A stretch of 64,000 bases of DNA from assembly GCA_028023455.1 (NCBI GenBank), contig JAQFVV010000002.1:22568001-22632000 (forward strand). The letters run 5' to 3'. Below the pieces are notes generated by a model that saw only the letters and a list, made by a program, of their open reading frames with translations, was not told the DNA's origin and made no database searches. Position 1 is the first letter of the stretch; the number at the start of each line of letters is the position of its first letter. This stretch comes from Epiperipatus broadwayi. Its lineage: Eukaryota > Animalia > Onychophora. Of this stretch, positions 42,051-54,616 are shown in pieces. A program made the translations under genes and the position numbers.

Positions 42051-42057
42051 AAAATAC

Positions 42058-42625
42058 TAAACTTCACATGATCACCATCTCTTATACTAGCACATAATTA
42101 TTATTTAACAAGGCAAAACTCCGATTGGCACAGGGTGGCACTACTGTATGCAGAGAGTTTTGCCTTGTTTAATAACAATTATGTGCTAGTATAAGAGATG
42201 GTGATCATGTGATGTTTAGTGGTTTAACACCAATCCTGCCTAATAGGATAGTGGTGGCTATGGTTGTTAAAGAGCCAAAGACACCAAAATGTATGGGTGC
42301 TGAATTGAGTTCAGACCCATATGACTATATAAGCTATTGAACTTAGATTGGAAAATATTATTGTGTTTTCCAATTTCATTCTTATAGTTTTGTAGTTAAG
42401 TAGAGATAAAAGGTGGGTGCTGGAGGGTTGCATTAGATCCTAAGATCTAGGTGCAGTGCTCTCAGATCCAAGGCTCCTCACTGTCGAAGGCCACAAGCCA
42501 GAAACTAGTCTGGGGATATTGGATGAGTATGCACTAGATGGAATTTTATGCACAAGCTTTCTGGCATCCATTGATTATTCTGATTAACACAGGGTGGCAC
42601 TATTGTATGGAGAGAGTTTTGCTTT
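42058..42625 (+). mobile_element. Family A: mini fold-back plus ~459 bp partial tandem
   Basis: cagggtggcact at 42131 and 42590; hammerhead motif at 42475-42516. Confidence 0.85.
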
Positions 42626-42972
42626 GTTTACTTATAAAATGTTAATTTTATTAATTATAATTTGCATAATCAATTCTTAAAGTCAAAAAAAAAATAGGAA
42701 TTTTATTTTTGTGATTATATTCAAAATTTGTTTAAAAAATTTTTTTTAAAAAAAAATTTATAATACTTTCTTAATCAGAATAGTGATAAGAACTAAAGAT
42801 GTCAGAACAATTCACAACTGAGTAATAAAAAACAAATTACAGTTCCGTTCAGACTAAATCAAACTATCAAATGTTCAATCTCCCATTAGGATTCTTAAAT
42901 GTCATGATTTCTTGACATTTTTTCAGTTAATTTTTATAGCTTCCAGTGTAAAAAAAAAACACATTTTATTAC

Positions 42973-43315
42973 ATAGTCAAAATGAGAGTCATAGATCACA
43001 TGACCCTATACTCTTAAGCTTGTAAGTTATAAACAATGAGGATTGCCAATTCCTCAACAAGCTTTGTGATAAATGCTTAGCTAAAGAAAGCATTTAAAAT
43101 ATCTGTCAGGACCCCCTCCCAAACCTCTGACCATAGTTTTGTGCTCTGGCACTCCTCAGAGAGGTGACTGAACCTACCCTAGCATCTCTCTGAGAAGTGC
43201 CAGAGCATGAAACCATGGTCAGAGGTTGGGGGGGGGGGGTCCTGACAGAGATATTTTAAATGCTTTCTTTAGCTAAGCATTTATCACAAAGCTTGCTGAG
43301 GAATTGGCAATCCTA
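42973..43315. mobile_element. Family C fold-back with two hammerhead motifs
   Basis: Motifs at 43123-43165 (-) and 43184-43226 (+); tailed left end. Confidence 0.9.
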
Positions 43316-43489
43316 ATTTTTTATTTTATTACATATTTGTAAGTAGAAAATATATTATGGTTGAAGTTTCTTAATTTAATAACATTTGTATTTTCCCAAC
43401 TCATCAAATAATCCTTGATCCATCTACTATTACAGTTGAATAAAAAGATGATAAACGCACTAATTAGTATATACATATGATAACAGTCA

Positions 43490-44020
43490 ATCCTTAAGCC
43501 ATCAACAATCTCAATCTGTAGTCAAGGCAACCTCCTTTAACAATAAAGATGGAATTCCACCTTTATCTATGGTCTGATATGTCTATATAGACTGTAAAGA
43601 TTGCATCTTGACCAAGGAGTGTGAGATTATTAACATAAAGAAGTTTAAACAAACCTCATTAATCAGACAAATATAACCTGTTCTGAAAGCAGACTAATAA
43701 ATAGTCAATTATAACTTCCAGATTCCAAAAGCTGACTAATAGTTGTTTAAAACTTCCAAATTGCAATCTTTTTGTCAAGCATTGGTGGTCGAGAGGTCAG
43801 CGACAGCTGTCAAGCAGCTGTCCCAGGTTAGTGGGTTGATGTCCCGGCTGATGCTATGACACACGAGAAAAAAAAATTGCAATCTTTAGTGTCTATATAA
43901 ACATATCAGATCATAGATAAAGGTGATACCACCTTTATTGTTAAAGGAGGTTGCCATGACTATAAGGTTGAGATTGCTGATAGCTTGGGGTTGATTGTTA
44001 TCATCTACATTATAAAAGCC
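43490..44020. mobile_element. Family H fold-back interrupted by a SINE
   Basis: 43490-43765 is the reverse complement of the 37500-37790 sequence; 43877-44020 is the sense arm. Confidence 0.65.
43773..43875 (+). mobile_element. Short tRNA-derived SINE with poly-A and ~13 bp TSD
   Basis: A-box-like TGGTCGAGAGG, B-box-like GGTTGATGTCCC, poly-A, flanked by AATTGCAATCTTT duplication. Confidence 0.65.
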
Positions 44021-45074
44021 TTGAGGCTTTATTGTCTTACTATGTACAGAGATTGCAAAAAGGTTTTGACACATTTTAAAATACTATAACTTTTTGAGGT
44101 TTAATATTTTTTAATCTTATTATTTATTAATATTAATGCAGGGTACAGAAAACAATATTTTTTAACAGAATGCTGCATTTACTTCTATGTCTATGAAACA
44201 ATGGTTCCTTTGAGATGTTGGAATTTCAAGGAGATTTTTTCCATTGATTGTAGAAAAAGACTGCTTAAATGATCAACTTTTCCTGATGATACAAAAATTT
44301 ATCAGGGATTTTTGTATCCATTTAATTTTAGAGGTAACTTTTATCCATGAAATGTACATAAAGCATGCTTTCAGCATGAGAGTATTATTTCCAAAATAAG
44401 TATTAAATAAAATGAACTTTTGTGACTATATACTGAAATATCAACAGATACCTCGTAAAGTATCTTAAGAATGAAAAAAAGTTATTTATCACATTGTTCT
44501 TTTATTAATTATACTAGTAAATGCTGTTGAAACTCTTGTCTAAAGATTAATTTGAATTTCTCCGCAGATGGCTTCATTATTAGCATTCCCTAGAATAAAG
44601 ACTTAACCCTCTAAGTTTGGTCAGAAAAATTGGAATCTAGCTATTCCTACCTGAAAAGCAAAGTAAATCTCACAACAATATGTCAGTATAATGTTCAATG
44701 CACTGATCAAAAATTTAAATTTGACTAAAATATGATGCAGTCATTATTATTAATAAAAAGCATATTATTCAATCACCATAGTTAACTTTATATTTCATTA
44801 ATATGCTCTAGGATTAAAAGAATCCTGACACAGCATTAATGCTAGCAGCATTTTCTACTGAGTTTTCCCAAGGTAAAACAAGTTACGATCTCACTATCAT
44901 GCTCGTCTTTTGTACAGAATACTCATTATTAGTATCAATCAAATAAATGTCACCAAATCTTCAATCTAGAGATTGAATATGCATTAGCACTGGTGGCATT
45001 TGTAAGATGACTTTACTTCAGCATTTAAATATATCAAATGTATTAAGCGCAACCAGATAACATTGTAATAACAT

Positions 45075-45207
45075 GAAAGCTAAAACCTTCAACAGATACG
45101 CTTTAAACATGCTTATGTGACAGCCAATCATGTGATGTCATTATTCCATTTGATTGGCTGTCACATAAGCATGTTTAAAGCATATCTGTTGAAGGTTTTA
45201 GCTTTCA
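45075..45207. repeat. ~130 bp near-perfect palindrome
   Basis: tgaaagctaaaaccttcaacagata.gctttaaacatgcttatgtgacagccaatca and its reverse complement around a 20 nt loop. Confidence 0.85.
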
Positions 45208-45420
45208 GCATATAAAGTAAATGTTGTTTCTTTGTATTGACACTGCTTTTAGAAATAATTGGAATCTAGCATTTTTACTAAATAATTTTGGGATTTATCC
45301 TTTGGAACTCATACAAAATTTGAGCACCAGAAGGTTTAAAGCCGAGACATGATTCATGGTTCTGGAGCCCCAGTGTGTATCATTAAATCACTGCACCAAA
45401 TCACATATGGCAATATTAAG

Positions 45421-45680
45421 CATCACATGATCACCATCTCTTATACTAGCACGTATTTGTTTATAAACAAGGCAAAACTCTCCATACAGTAGTGCCCCCC
45501 TGTGCCAACCAGAGTAATCAATGGATGGCATTGACAAAGGCCACAAGCCAGAAACTAGTCTGGGGATATTGGATGAGTAGGCATTAGATAGGGATTTTAT
45601 GCACAAGCCTTCTGGCATTCATTGATTACTCTGGTTGGCACAGGGTGGCACTACTGTATGAGAGTTTTGCCTTGTTTTTA
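45421..45680. mobile_element. Family A fold-back (3' half of hammerhead at 45538-45566)
   Basis: Tailed left end, short right end; aggccacaagccagaaactagtctgggg. Confidence 0.85.
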
Positions 45681-45869
45681 TGGCAATATTCTTATTAAAT
45701 GATAGATACTGGGCATAAAAAGTTTGCAATTTACTATCGAATTTGTATTTATTATCACAATATATAACTATAATTTAGGATTTATGTTCCATTAAAATCT
45801 ATACATTTATTGCACTAATTTTTTTTAATTTTCTTAATAATAAATTTAGGAGTTACTATTAATTTTAAC

Positions 45870-46013
45870 CTTTTTTATAGTAGGAGTAGTCATCTTGAAT
45901 GTAGGTGAAGCTGTTGCAGGTGTTAAATATGAAATAAGGGGCTTCTTTGTATCATCAGTTTCTTTAATACCATTTCTTACTGAAACGACTGGTTGAACAA
46001 TTGGCTTTGGTTT
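45870..46013 (-). CDS. C2orf81: Exon of C2orf81-like gene (KPKPIVQPVV...FKMTTPTIKK)
   Basis: ttttccaattatag acceptor, AAG|GTTAAA donor, 144 nt, phase 0-0, open frame. Confidence 0.75.
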
Positions 46014-46112
46014 CTATAATTGGAAAAATAAAAGCATCTTTACACTTTTAGTATAAATAAATATAAAAACATGCAAACACAAAAAAAAATTTGTACAATA
46101 GATTTCTAATAC

Positions 46113-46212
46113 CCCACGTTTCTTTAAATCACTAATAGGTGGTGGAATATCTTTCTTAGGTGATAAAATTTTCAATGTCTCTTTTGAAGCAGTTTTCAGA
46201 TTATCTTGAGAT
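46113..46212 (-). CDS. C2orf81: Exon of C2orf81-like gene (SQDNLKTASKETLKILSPKKDIPPPISDLKKRG)
   Basis: ttttaaag acceptor, GTATTA donor, 100 nt; AT+A joins as Ile with the 54520 exon; followed by a 99 nt intron. Confidence 0.75.
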
Positions 46213-46454
46213 CTTTAAAATAATAACAAAAAATTAAGTATGAGAATGTTGATTAACAATAAAATGAATAAACCTTAAATATATGCATGTGCAAATAAAT
46301 ATTCACGCAACAACTCGAGATATGTTTGCATTATGCATTGAGTAATAAAAATTAATGAATTTGTTTATTTTATTAAATCGCAATCTATTACCAAAATAAA
46401 ATAATAGACACTAAAATTGCTAAAGCTTTTAAATCTTAATTTAATATCAAGTAA

Positions 46455-46548
46455 GGCGTAAGCTTGTGATTAAGACCTGTAGAGGTCCCTACCTTCTCAT
46501 TTTCACGTGGATATTCTTGAGGTTTACAGCCCTAGTAAATATTATTTA
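46455..46548 (+). mobile_element. Family D2 fragment
   Basis: aagcttgtg.ttaagacctgtagaggtccctacc...tagtaaatatta. Confidence 0.7.
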
Positions 46549-46787
46549 CCCAAAATATTAAAAACATTATATATTTTTACAAGTTAAGACTGTAAATTTG
46601 GGGAAAATAAGTAACATCACATTGAAATGTCAGCTATTTATTATCCAAAATTACAATCATGTACAGAATCATATAAATGAAGTTAAAACAATTGTATAAA
46701 GGAATAATTTATAAATAGATCTTCCAAATGCCCATAGAGTATGTCAAAACATTGGTGGAATTTTAAGATAAATAAATATATATATAT

Positions 46788-47137
46788 TGTATCGGGTCGA
46801 ACCGCCGAAACCACTTACTTATATGTATATATAAGTTTTGACCGGTTTCAAACTCCTTCATAATACATTTATAATCTTATAAATGTTACGTGAACAAGCC
46901 GGCACGTTCGAGCAAAATGGGAGATCTTATTGATAGCTTTAACTATCAACAATGGCCCACCTCGGCTGCTAGATTCAAACCCCTACTATCCAAATACTTT
47001 ATTTGTTTCGGAGTAAACCCCGGGGCACCAGCTAGTCCAAGGACTAATGTATTCGGGCAGTAGGCTCATAATCCAGCGCTCGAAACATTCCCTAAAACTA
47101 GCTCAGTCTAATTTTAATTCAATAATAAAATTATACA
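46788..47137. mobile_element. Putative 350 bp LTR
   Basis: GC- and CpG-rich island with TGTAT...ATACA termini; no matching TSD or second copy seen. Confidence 0.45.
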
Positions 47138-48515
47138 AAATTTGTGGTGGAAAGAATTAATAAAAAGGTTGGTAAAAAGAATTGACCGACAAATAAAGTT
47201 TAAGTCTGAAGACATTTTATTTTAATTAACATTATTAAGTTTAAAGATAATTTATTACCAAACATTAATTGACTAAATTTAAACATCTTTATATATCTGA
47301 TTTAACACACGCACATTTTTAAAGTAACATTTCTAACCTATTTTAAATATTCTTGTAGATTTTAATAGTAGAACACTGGTATTTATCTAATTTAACTAAT
47401 AACACTGATATAATGATCACACACATATTAACTCATATAGCATTCACAAATATAATAATAAAGCATTAATAGCATTTGAAACTTAAACACACATATCAAT
47501 AGTTCATTTTATGTATGATAGAGTTCATATAATTTGAATCTTGAATATTTACGAATTACAGCGGTGGCTACTACGTGTAAATGATAATAAATAAATGTTT
47601 ACCTAGGATTTTTGGAACAGGGATATTGCTTGTTGTTGGCTGCTTTTGCTGCTTCTGATGGATTATATCTAACCGGTTAGATTTTGACATTTATTGAAAA
47701 GATTTTATGCTAATCCATTGGTTTTATTCTTGGAGACAGTTGAACGTTTGACGGAGGATTTCTGAGTTGTTATGCAGACATTATTTCACAGGCAGGTTTT
47801 GATGATCTTGTTGGACTAAAAAGGCTGAAGCACGAGCGTATATTTCCAAAAGCTGCTCAACAATGCATTTTTGTTTCTGGATACATAATAGAAATGCACT
47901 GTTATCTCAACTGAAACAACTGTCACTGGAAACTAGACTGAATAAAACTGAACTCCGATAAAAAATCTAGCTATTTATATCTGCAAAGTGTTTTTTGTTT
48001 TAATATCCTCCGGCAAATGAATGTTGTCGAAATTTCATTGATAACTAATCCTATGACAATGTGTTTTTTGATTGATTGTTTAATTAGTAGTAGCTATTTC
48101 AAAACGTGTTGTTTTCATATCTTTAATTAGTAGTGCACCGCTGTGTTTTTTTTTAAATATATTTTTCATTTATTTATAATATTTAATACTGATACATTTA
48201 TTTTACATTCGCAGGCACATATATAATTTTACTCTACACATCAAAACTAGTTTTAATACTATTTTTTTTTTATTCAATTCGAATGAAAAGAGATTTGTAT
48301 TTTGAAGCTTTTAATTTATAATAATATCACTCTTTAACTTTTATGAACTCTTAGTTTTATCTTTTCTAAACAAAACTCCCCCTCTCCTTTTTTAATCAAT
48401 TAATTTCTATTTTTTTTTCAAATTCTTTTACGAAAGATTTTAATAATAAATAATTTTTTTTTTAGACAAAATTATTTTATATACATGTGCCAATTTGGCC
48501 TTGGCACAATATATA

Positions 48516-49136
48516 TAATATAGGGAGGGTACCAATAGCTCAAACAAACTCTTATTTAATAAGTGCAGTAAGAGAAAATATTTAAAATCTCTATCTTGAA
48601 TATTCTTATCCCCAGACTAATTGGTTTCGAGACCATGGATCACCTCAGTGAGGCACTAGATCCAAAATATCAACTCAAAACCCAGCACTTATTTAATATG
48701 AAACTATTGAGAAGAAAATCTGAAATTTTCAGACACAAAAATGTCTTTAAATCCAGCTATCCAACTCAAATAGCTATATGGGACTGAACTAAATTTTTAT
48801 CTTTAAGGTTCTGGTGATGCTAAGGTTATTAATATATGGTAGATCTGAATTTGGTTCAGTCCCATATAGAGCTATTTGAGTTGGATAACTAGATTTAAAG
48901 ACATTTTTATGGCTGAAAATTTCAGATTTTCTTCTCAATAGTTTTGTATTAGATAAGTGCTGGGTTTTGAGTTGATATTTTGGATCTAGTGTCTGAATGT
49001 TCTAGCTCCTCACTGAGGTGATTTGTAAGCTTGAAACCAATTGGTCTGAGGATAAGAATATTCTAGATAGAGATTTTATCTTACATCACTTATTAAATAA
49101 GAGTTTGTTTGAGTTATTGGTAGGCTCCCTATATTA
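48516..49136. mobile_element. Family B ~620 bp fold-back with two hammerhead-like motifs
   Basis: Motifs at 48609-48653 (-) and 49007-49052 (+); internal sequence homologous to family C (aatctgaaattttcagac...cagctatccaactcaaatagctata). Confidence 0.85.
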
Positions 49137-49770
49137 CATATTTGTAAATACAATCTTCTAAAAACAATATCACATTATATATATTGTAATGAATCCGGTT
49201 ATATATTTGGTTAGTTTTACGCTAACTTAATGTATATCATAGGACACATACTTTATCGGGATGACTATCTAATTGCCATGGCCCTAAAGATGACTTATCT
49301 ACCATAAAAAATATATAAGTGGGTTTATTTTTTTTATTCTTGTCACAATATATGATTCAAGCAAACAATTTTGGAAACATTCCCAAATATTTACCTAATT
49401 TATTAGATAAATATGATTATTGTGCAGCAGCATTTCTTAATGAATTAAATCAGTTACTTCGTTAAATATATATATCCCACAATAGTATGTCATTATTCCC
49501 AATTAATATTTATCCTAGCAGCATATTTATGCTCATCATTATATAACCAATTCTAAGCACCAATCCTATATCTAAGTAAGAATTATCCTGAATGGTTTAG
49601 ATGGGAAATTTTACATTAGCATTATAACAAAAGGGCCTGACCCTAACTAGCTTAATCACAGGGCAGGTGTCAATATCATTGTAACATCATCTTTTATCAA
49701 AATAAAAAATAAAGATCTTTATACTCATCACCCCAGATACTAAAAATATTAGCTTTCCAACAAGTGCTAT

Positions 49771-50092
49771 CATTAAAACAGGCAAACCTATCCATACAAT
49801 AGTGCCATTCAGTAAAATCCAGAGTAATCAATGGATGCAAGAAGGTTTGTGCATAAAATCTCTATCTAGTGCCTACTAATCCAATATCCTCAGACTTGTT
49901 TCTAGCTTGTGGCTTTCTTCAGTGAGGAGCCTTGGATCTGAGACTACTGCACCTAGATCTATTGATTACTTTGCATTCATTGATTACTCTGCATCCTTTG
50001 ATTACTCTGGCTTGCACTGAGTGGCACTACTGTATGGAGAGTTTTGCCTGTTTTAACAGCTTGAGCAAGCATAAGAAATGGTGATCATGTGC
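49771..50092. mobile_element. Family A fold-back, tailed right end; hammerhead at 49887-49928 (-)
   Basis: UCCUCA CUGAAGA A AGC CACAA GCU A GAAA CAAG UC UGAGGA. Confidence 0.85.
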
Positions 50093-50749
50093 TCTTAGGG
50101 TTTTAAGTGCCATCATTAAAGGTCAAATTTAACAAAACTTCATTTAACATAACCATCAATTGCTCAACATAAATTAAATTATTTCTTCTCACTTTAAAAA
50201 CTTTGATTAATTAACAATAAGCCAAATATATAATTATTAATAAGTTCGACATTTTTGAATTAAATGTAAAACATTAATGACGTCAAATTCTATCTACTGC
50301 CAATATTATTGAATCATCTCTCTTGATCAGAATGACTTCAAGTGGCTTGCCTTTTTTATATTTGGGTGGAATTTATAAAGATCATTTTATATTTGTAGAT
50401 ATTCTGACAATAAACGACAGTAAACATTTAACTTGAAAGTTTTGAATTTATTAATAATTACATATTTGACTGGCTGTTATTTAATCATAAAGTTTATAAA
50501 CTGAATGTTTCTTTGTGTTGATCATTTGTTGACTGTCTTAAACATACCTTTGTTTGCATCTGGTGTGAATTTAAATTTGACCCTTAATGATATCACTTGT
50601 TAAAAAACTCATCTCTGTAATACCTGGAATGGCAAGTATAAAGCACATTTTATCCCTGCAAGCATTCTCACAAAAATGGGTGGAACAATGATATTAACAG
50701 CACATGGAAAGGGAACTTGTTTCTATTATCTTGCATATATATATACATA

Positions 50750-52370
50750 AAATAGAAATTCATATAACATTACAATATTAGCCAAAAAACTAAATTTTAC
50801 TAAAAATTCTTCAACAACCATGGTTTCATCTATTAACAAATAGAGCTTTTCATGTGAAATTCTATTAAATATATCACATATATATACAAAACAAAATAGC
50901 CTTCCCATCATTCATTTCAAACTCCAACTTCCTTTAACATCAAAAGTAATTTTGAATAAGCAGTTACGTGAGAGAGAAAAATTTGTCGCCCCCCCCCCCA
51001 AGATTAAAGGCCAATGATGTTACTCTATTAAAAAAAGATAAAAGTGGCCGTTATGCATTGTTAAATAATAATGATTTAAAAAATAGTTTATTTAGAATTA
51101 AATAATGGGAAGTATTCTTACTTATGGATCTGAGACTTGGACCCTTAATAGAAGAGCAATACAGAGACTCCAGACCACTCAAAGAAGTATGGAGAGATGC
51201 ATGTTGGGAGTAACAAGAAGAGATCGAAAACGCAATGTATGGGTAAGAGGACAAACAGGTGTTACTGACCTCATTGAAAAAATTAAAAGATTGGAGTTGG
51301 GCTGGACATATTGCTAGAAGAGATGATAGTAGATGGACAATTGAAATCTTAAACTGGTTTCCAAGAGATTATAAAAGACCCAGAAAGAGACCACATGTGA
51401 GATGGATGGATAAAATAAGAAAGTGTGCAGGGGTGATGTGGAGAAGAGAAGCTAAAGATCGGAGAAGATGGATTAAACTTGGAGAGACCTTCACCTTGCA
51501 GTGGATTTATAGTGGTTGTTGATGATGATGATGATTCTATTTTAAATTCTGAACCTGGTAAGAAAATAGAATCTAAGTTTATTGAAATTATGATAATTGT
51601 GGTAAATAAATTTTTTTAGATAGATCTACTTATTTAAATGTTATCCTAGTGAATTTTTTATTTCTGAAGTTTTCTTTAATTTGAAATTTCATAAAGATAA
51701 TTTTCCTTTAAAGTGTATTTTTGATTTTACAGGGGGATTTGTTGATAAAATTCCAAAATTTCTTATAATGTTTTTTAAGAATTATATAAATTTAGGTTGA
51801 TTTTGTGTACCGTCTTCTTTTGAAGCATATGATAAAATTAATGGATTTGTTTTAGGGAAAGATTGTGTTTTTGATAGTCTAGATATTGAAAACATGTATC
51901 AATCAGTTGATAGGATAATTAACAATTTTTCTGTTTCTTTAAAATTATTTATTAGATGTGTTGATTGTTTGTTTGTTATACAGGAAGATAAGTTGAAGGA
52001 TTTTTTTTCATGATTGAATGCTTTTGATTTTAATATTTGAGAGGTGTATATTTGAATTAAAATTTTTAGATTTAAGGGTTGTTAAAGTTGATTATGTTGT
52101 ATTTTGTAATTATTTGATGATAAAATATTTTGAATCTGAGGCCATCAATCTCATAAAGTCATTCTTTGATGCTAAAGGAAAGTTGGGTTTTGAAGTGAAT
52201 AATGGAAAGGCTATTTTGTTTTATATATATAGGTTGCATATTTAGTTGAACTACCCTTGAAAAGGTCTATTTGTTAATAGCCAAAACCGTGATTATGGAA
52301 GAATTTTACTAAATTTAGTTTTTTTTTCACTAGCATTGTAATATGTTATTAATTTCTATTTTATTTATAA
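50750..52370 (+). mobile_element. Penelope-like element remnant: inverted pseudo-LTR (~50750-50870), decayed RT (~51560-52250), pseudo-LTR (~52255-52370)
   Basis: DCVFDSLDIENMYQSV and FIRCVDC.FVI...LNAFDFNI...KFLDL are PLE-type RT motifs; the two pseudo-LTR segments are reverse complements. Confidence 0.65.
51110..51535 (+). mobile_element. 5'-truncated RTE LINE 3' end with (GAT)n tail
   Basis: LTYGSETW, QRSMERCMLG, WAGHIARRDDSRW, RPHVRWMD; ends gatgatgatgatgat. Confidence 0.9.
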
Positions 52371-53780
52371 TTATTAGTATAGCATTAGGCCTTATTTAAT
52401 ATATATATATATATCACATCATTACAGACAGTACTTAAAACTGACCAATAGTATATCTACAGTTTGTTGTAAAAAGACCTTGGCAACTTGCTGATAATCT
52501 ATTAATTAATTTGAACATCTACCTGAGGTGATGCGATTTACATATAACAACTAATTAGCTACGTGCACTTATAGTTTACATGTATTGAAAACATACAATG
52601 TAGTAGTTGTATTTTTTTCTTTCTGTACTGTATTTTAATGCCATTAAAAGCATTCTGATCAAAGCTCAATTTTATGCCATTTTCTAGATATTTAATTACA
52701 GCTCCGGCAATTGCCAAACTTAAAAAGACACATTCCTTCTACTGCTGCAATAGTTCCATATCAAATGATCTTTGAATAAATCCAGACACATGATTACTAC
52801 ATTGTGTGATGGTTATTTAATGGTATGAAAAATATGTCTCCTTATCCTATAATTTCCAGTATTCCAAGACGCACAAGAAAACATGTTTAGAATTAACTAG
52901 AAGTTCGAATTGGTGAAGGAAACAATAAGATGATTTGTAGGCATTGTCCAGAACATTATTTGCAATTTGTAGATGCCAATTATTCTTCTCAAATATACTT
53001 GAAGGATTATCACTCAGAAAAAACAACAACCTGAATATTAAAATTTTATAAACATACGATCAAGTTGACAACACATACAGTAATAAATACCATATGTAAG
53101 TGACTACTATAATTGATATCATATCTTATTTGGTAAACAGTGACAAGGGTTTGTATATAACAGATGACTCAGCATTGTGACACTTTGTTATCAAGGGTAT
53201 ACAAAACTATTAGAATTGGAGAAAAAATGTGACATCATTCATCATAACATGATGTCATTACTGATAGGTTTGGAGATACATTATAACTAATGATAAGATG
53301 ATCAGCCTTCAGTTCTAAATCCAACTTATGATGTGGGTTGTCCATTATCACTACTACCACATTTATTAAGGTTCCATTTCAATTGAGGACTATATATTCT
53401 GAAACCACAGTTATATAAATATTCAACTGATCTTGCATATGAATATTTACAGAAATAATTTAATGCTACAATAATCTCGACACATATCCAATTAATAAGT
53501 TAAATACAATTTCTCCTAGGAAATCATGATTATTGGATATGCTGTAACAATTTTAGAGATTTCTTTGAAACTTATTTACCTTTATATATTTTGCAAGTAT
53601 CATACGAATGCCTTCCAACACTGATTTGAATGTCTTGCTTCCTCTGTGAGGAACTGTTTCCACATCAAACAGTATGTGTGTGTCTATGTATAGAAAGAGA
53701 TGTAAGAAAGTAGGTAGAAATTATATATAATAAGATAGATAAAAAAATTGGATGGATAAATAGACAGATACATATATACA

Positions 53781-54435
53781 TAAACAATGAGGATTGCCAA
53801 TTCCTCAACAAGCTTTATGATAAATGCTTATCTAGAGAAAGCATTTAAAATATCTCTGTCAGGAAACCCCCCCCCCCCCAATCCCTGACCATGGTTTTGT
53901 GTTTTGGCACTCCTCAGAGAGGTGCCAGGGTAGGTTCAAACACTAAATCTAAAAATACCAACCCAAAGCCAGCACTTACCTTAAAGTTATCTATTGAGTG
54001 GAAAATCTGAAATTTTCAGACACCTACATGTCTTCAAACCCAGCTATCCAACTCAAATAGCTATAAGGGGCTGATAGATCTTCAGTTATACCATATATTA
54101 GTAGCCTTAGCAATATAACATTGCATAAGACATAAGGCAGAGACTATAAATAGTCAAAATAAGAGTCATAGATCACATGACCCTATTCTCTTAAGCTTGG
54201 GTTGGTATTTTTAGATCATGTCTGAACCTACCCTGACACCTTTCTGAGAAGTGCCAAAGCATGAAACCATGGTCAGGGATTGGAGGGGGGGGGGTTCCTA
54301 ACAGAGATATTTTAAATGCTTTTTCTAGCTAAGAATTTATCATAAAGCTTGTTGAGGAATTGGCAATCCTCATTGTTTATAACTTACAAGCTTAAGAGAA
54401 TAGGGTCATGTGATCTCTGACTCTTATTTTGACTA
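53781..54435. mobile_element. Family C: ~426 bp monomer plus inverted arm, two hammerhead motifs
   Basis: Motifs at about 53883-53925 (-) and 54238-54279 (+); tailed right end. Confidence 0.9.
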
Positions 54436-54519
54436 TTTACATGTGTATATTAAAACTACTGCTAAAATGTATATTTTCAAAAAGAAAAGAAATTTAAAAA
54501 ATAATATTTAGAATATTAC

Positions 54520-54616
54520 ATATGCTCAGGAATAATCTCTTCACTTGTATCTTCTGTACTTTCTATGTATACGAGAATTCCTTCAGCCCAAGAATCAACA
54601 ACAGAACGCTCGGGTT
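54520..54616 (-). CDS. C2orf81: Exon of C2orf81-like gene (EPERSVVDSWAEGILVYIESTEDTSEEIIPEH)
   Basis: Polypyrimidine+AG acceptor and GTAATA donor; 97 nt open. EP..DSWA.G matches the EPSACTTDSWAQGSVP motif of vertebrate C2orf81 (recalled, not searched). Phase-compatible with the next exon. Upstream exons were not identified. Confidence 0.75.
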
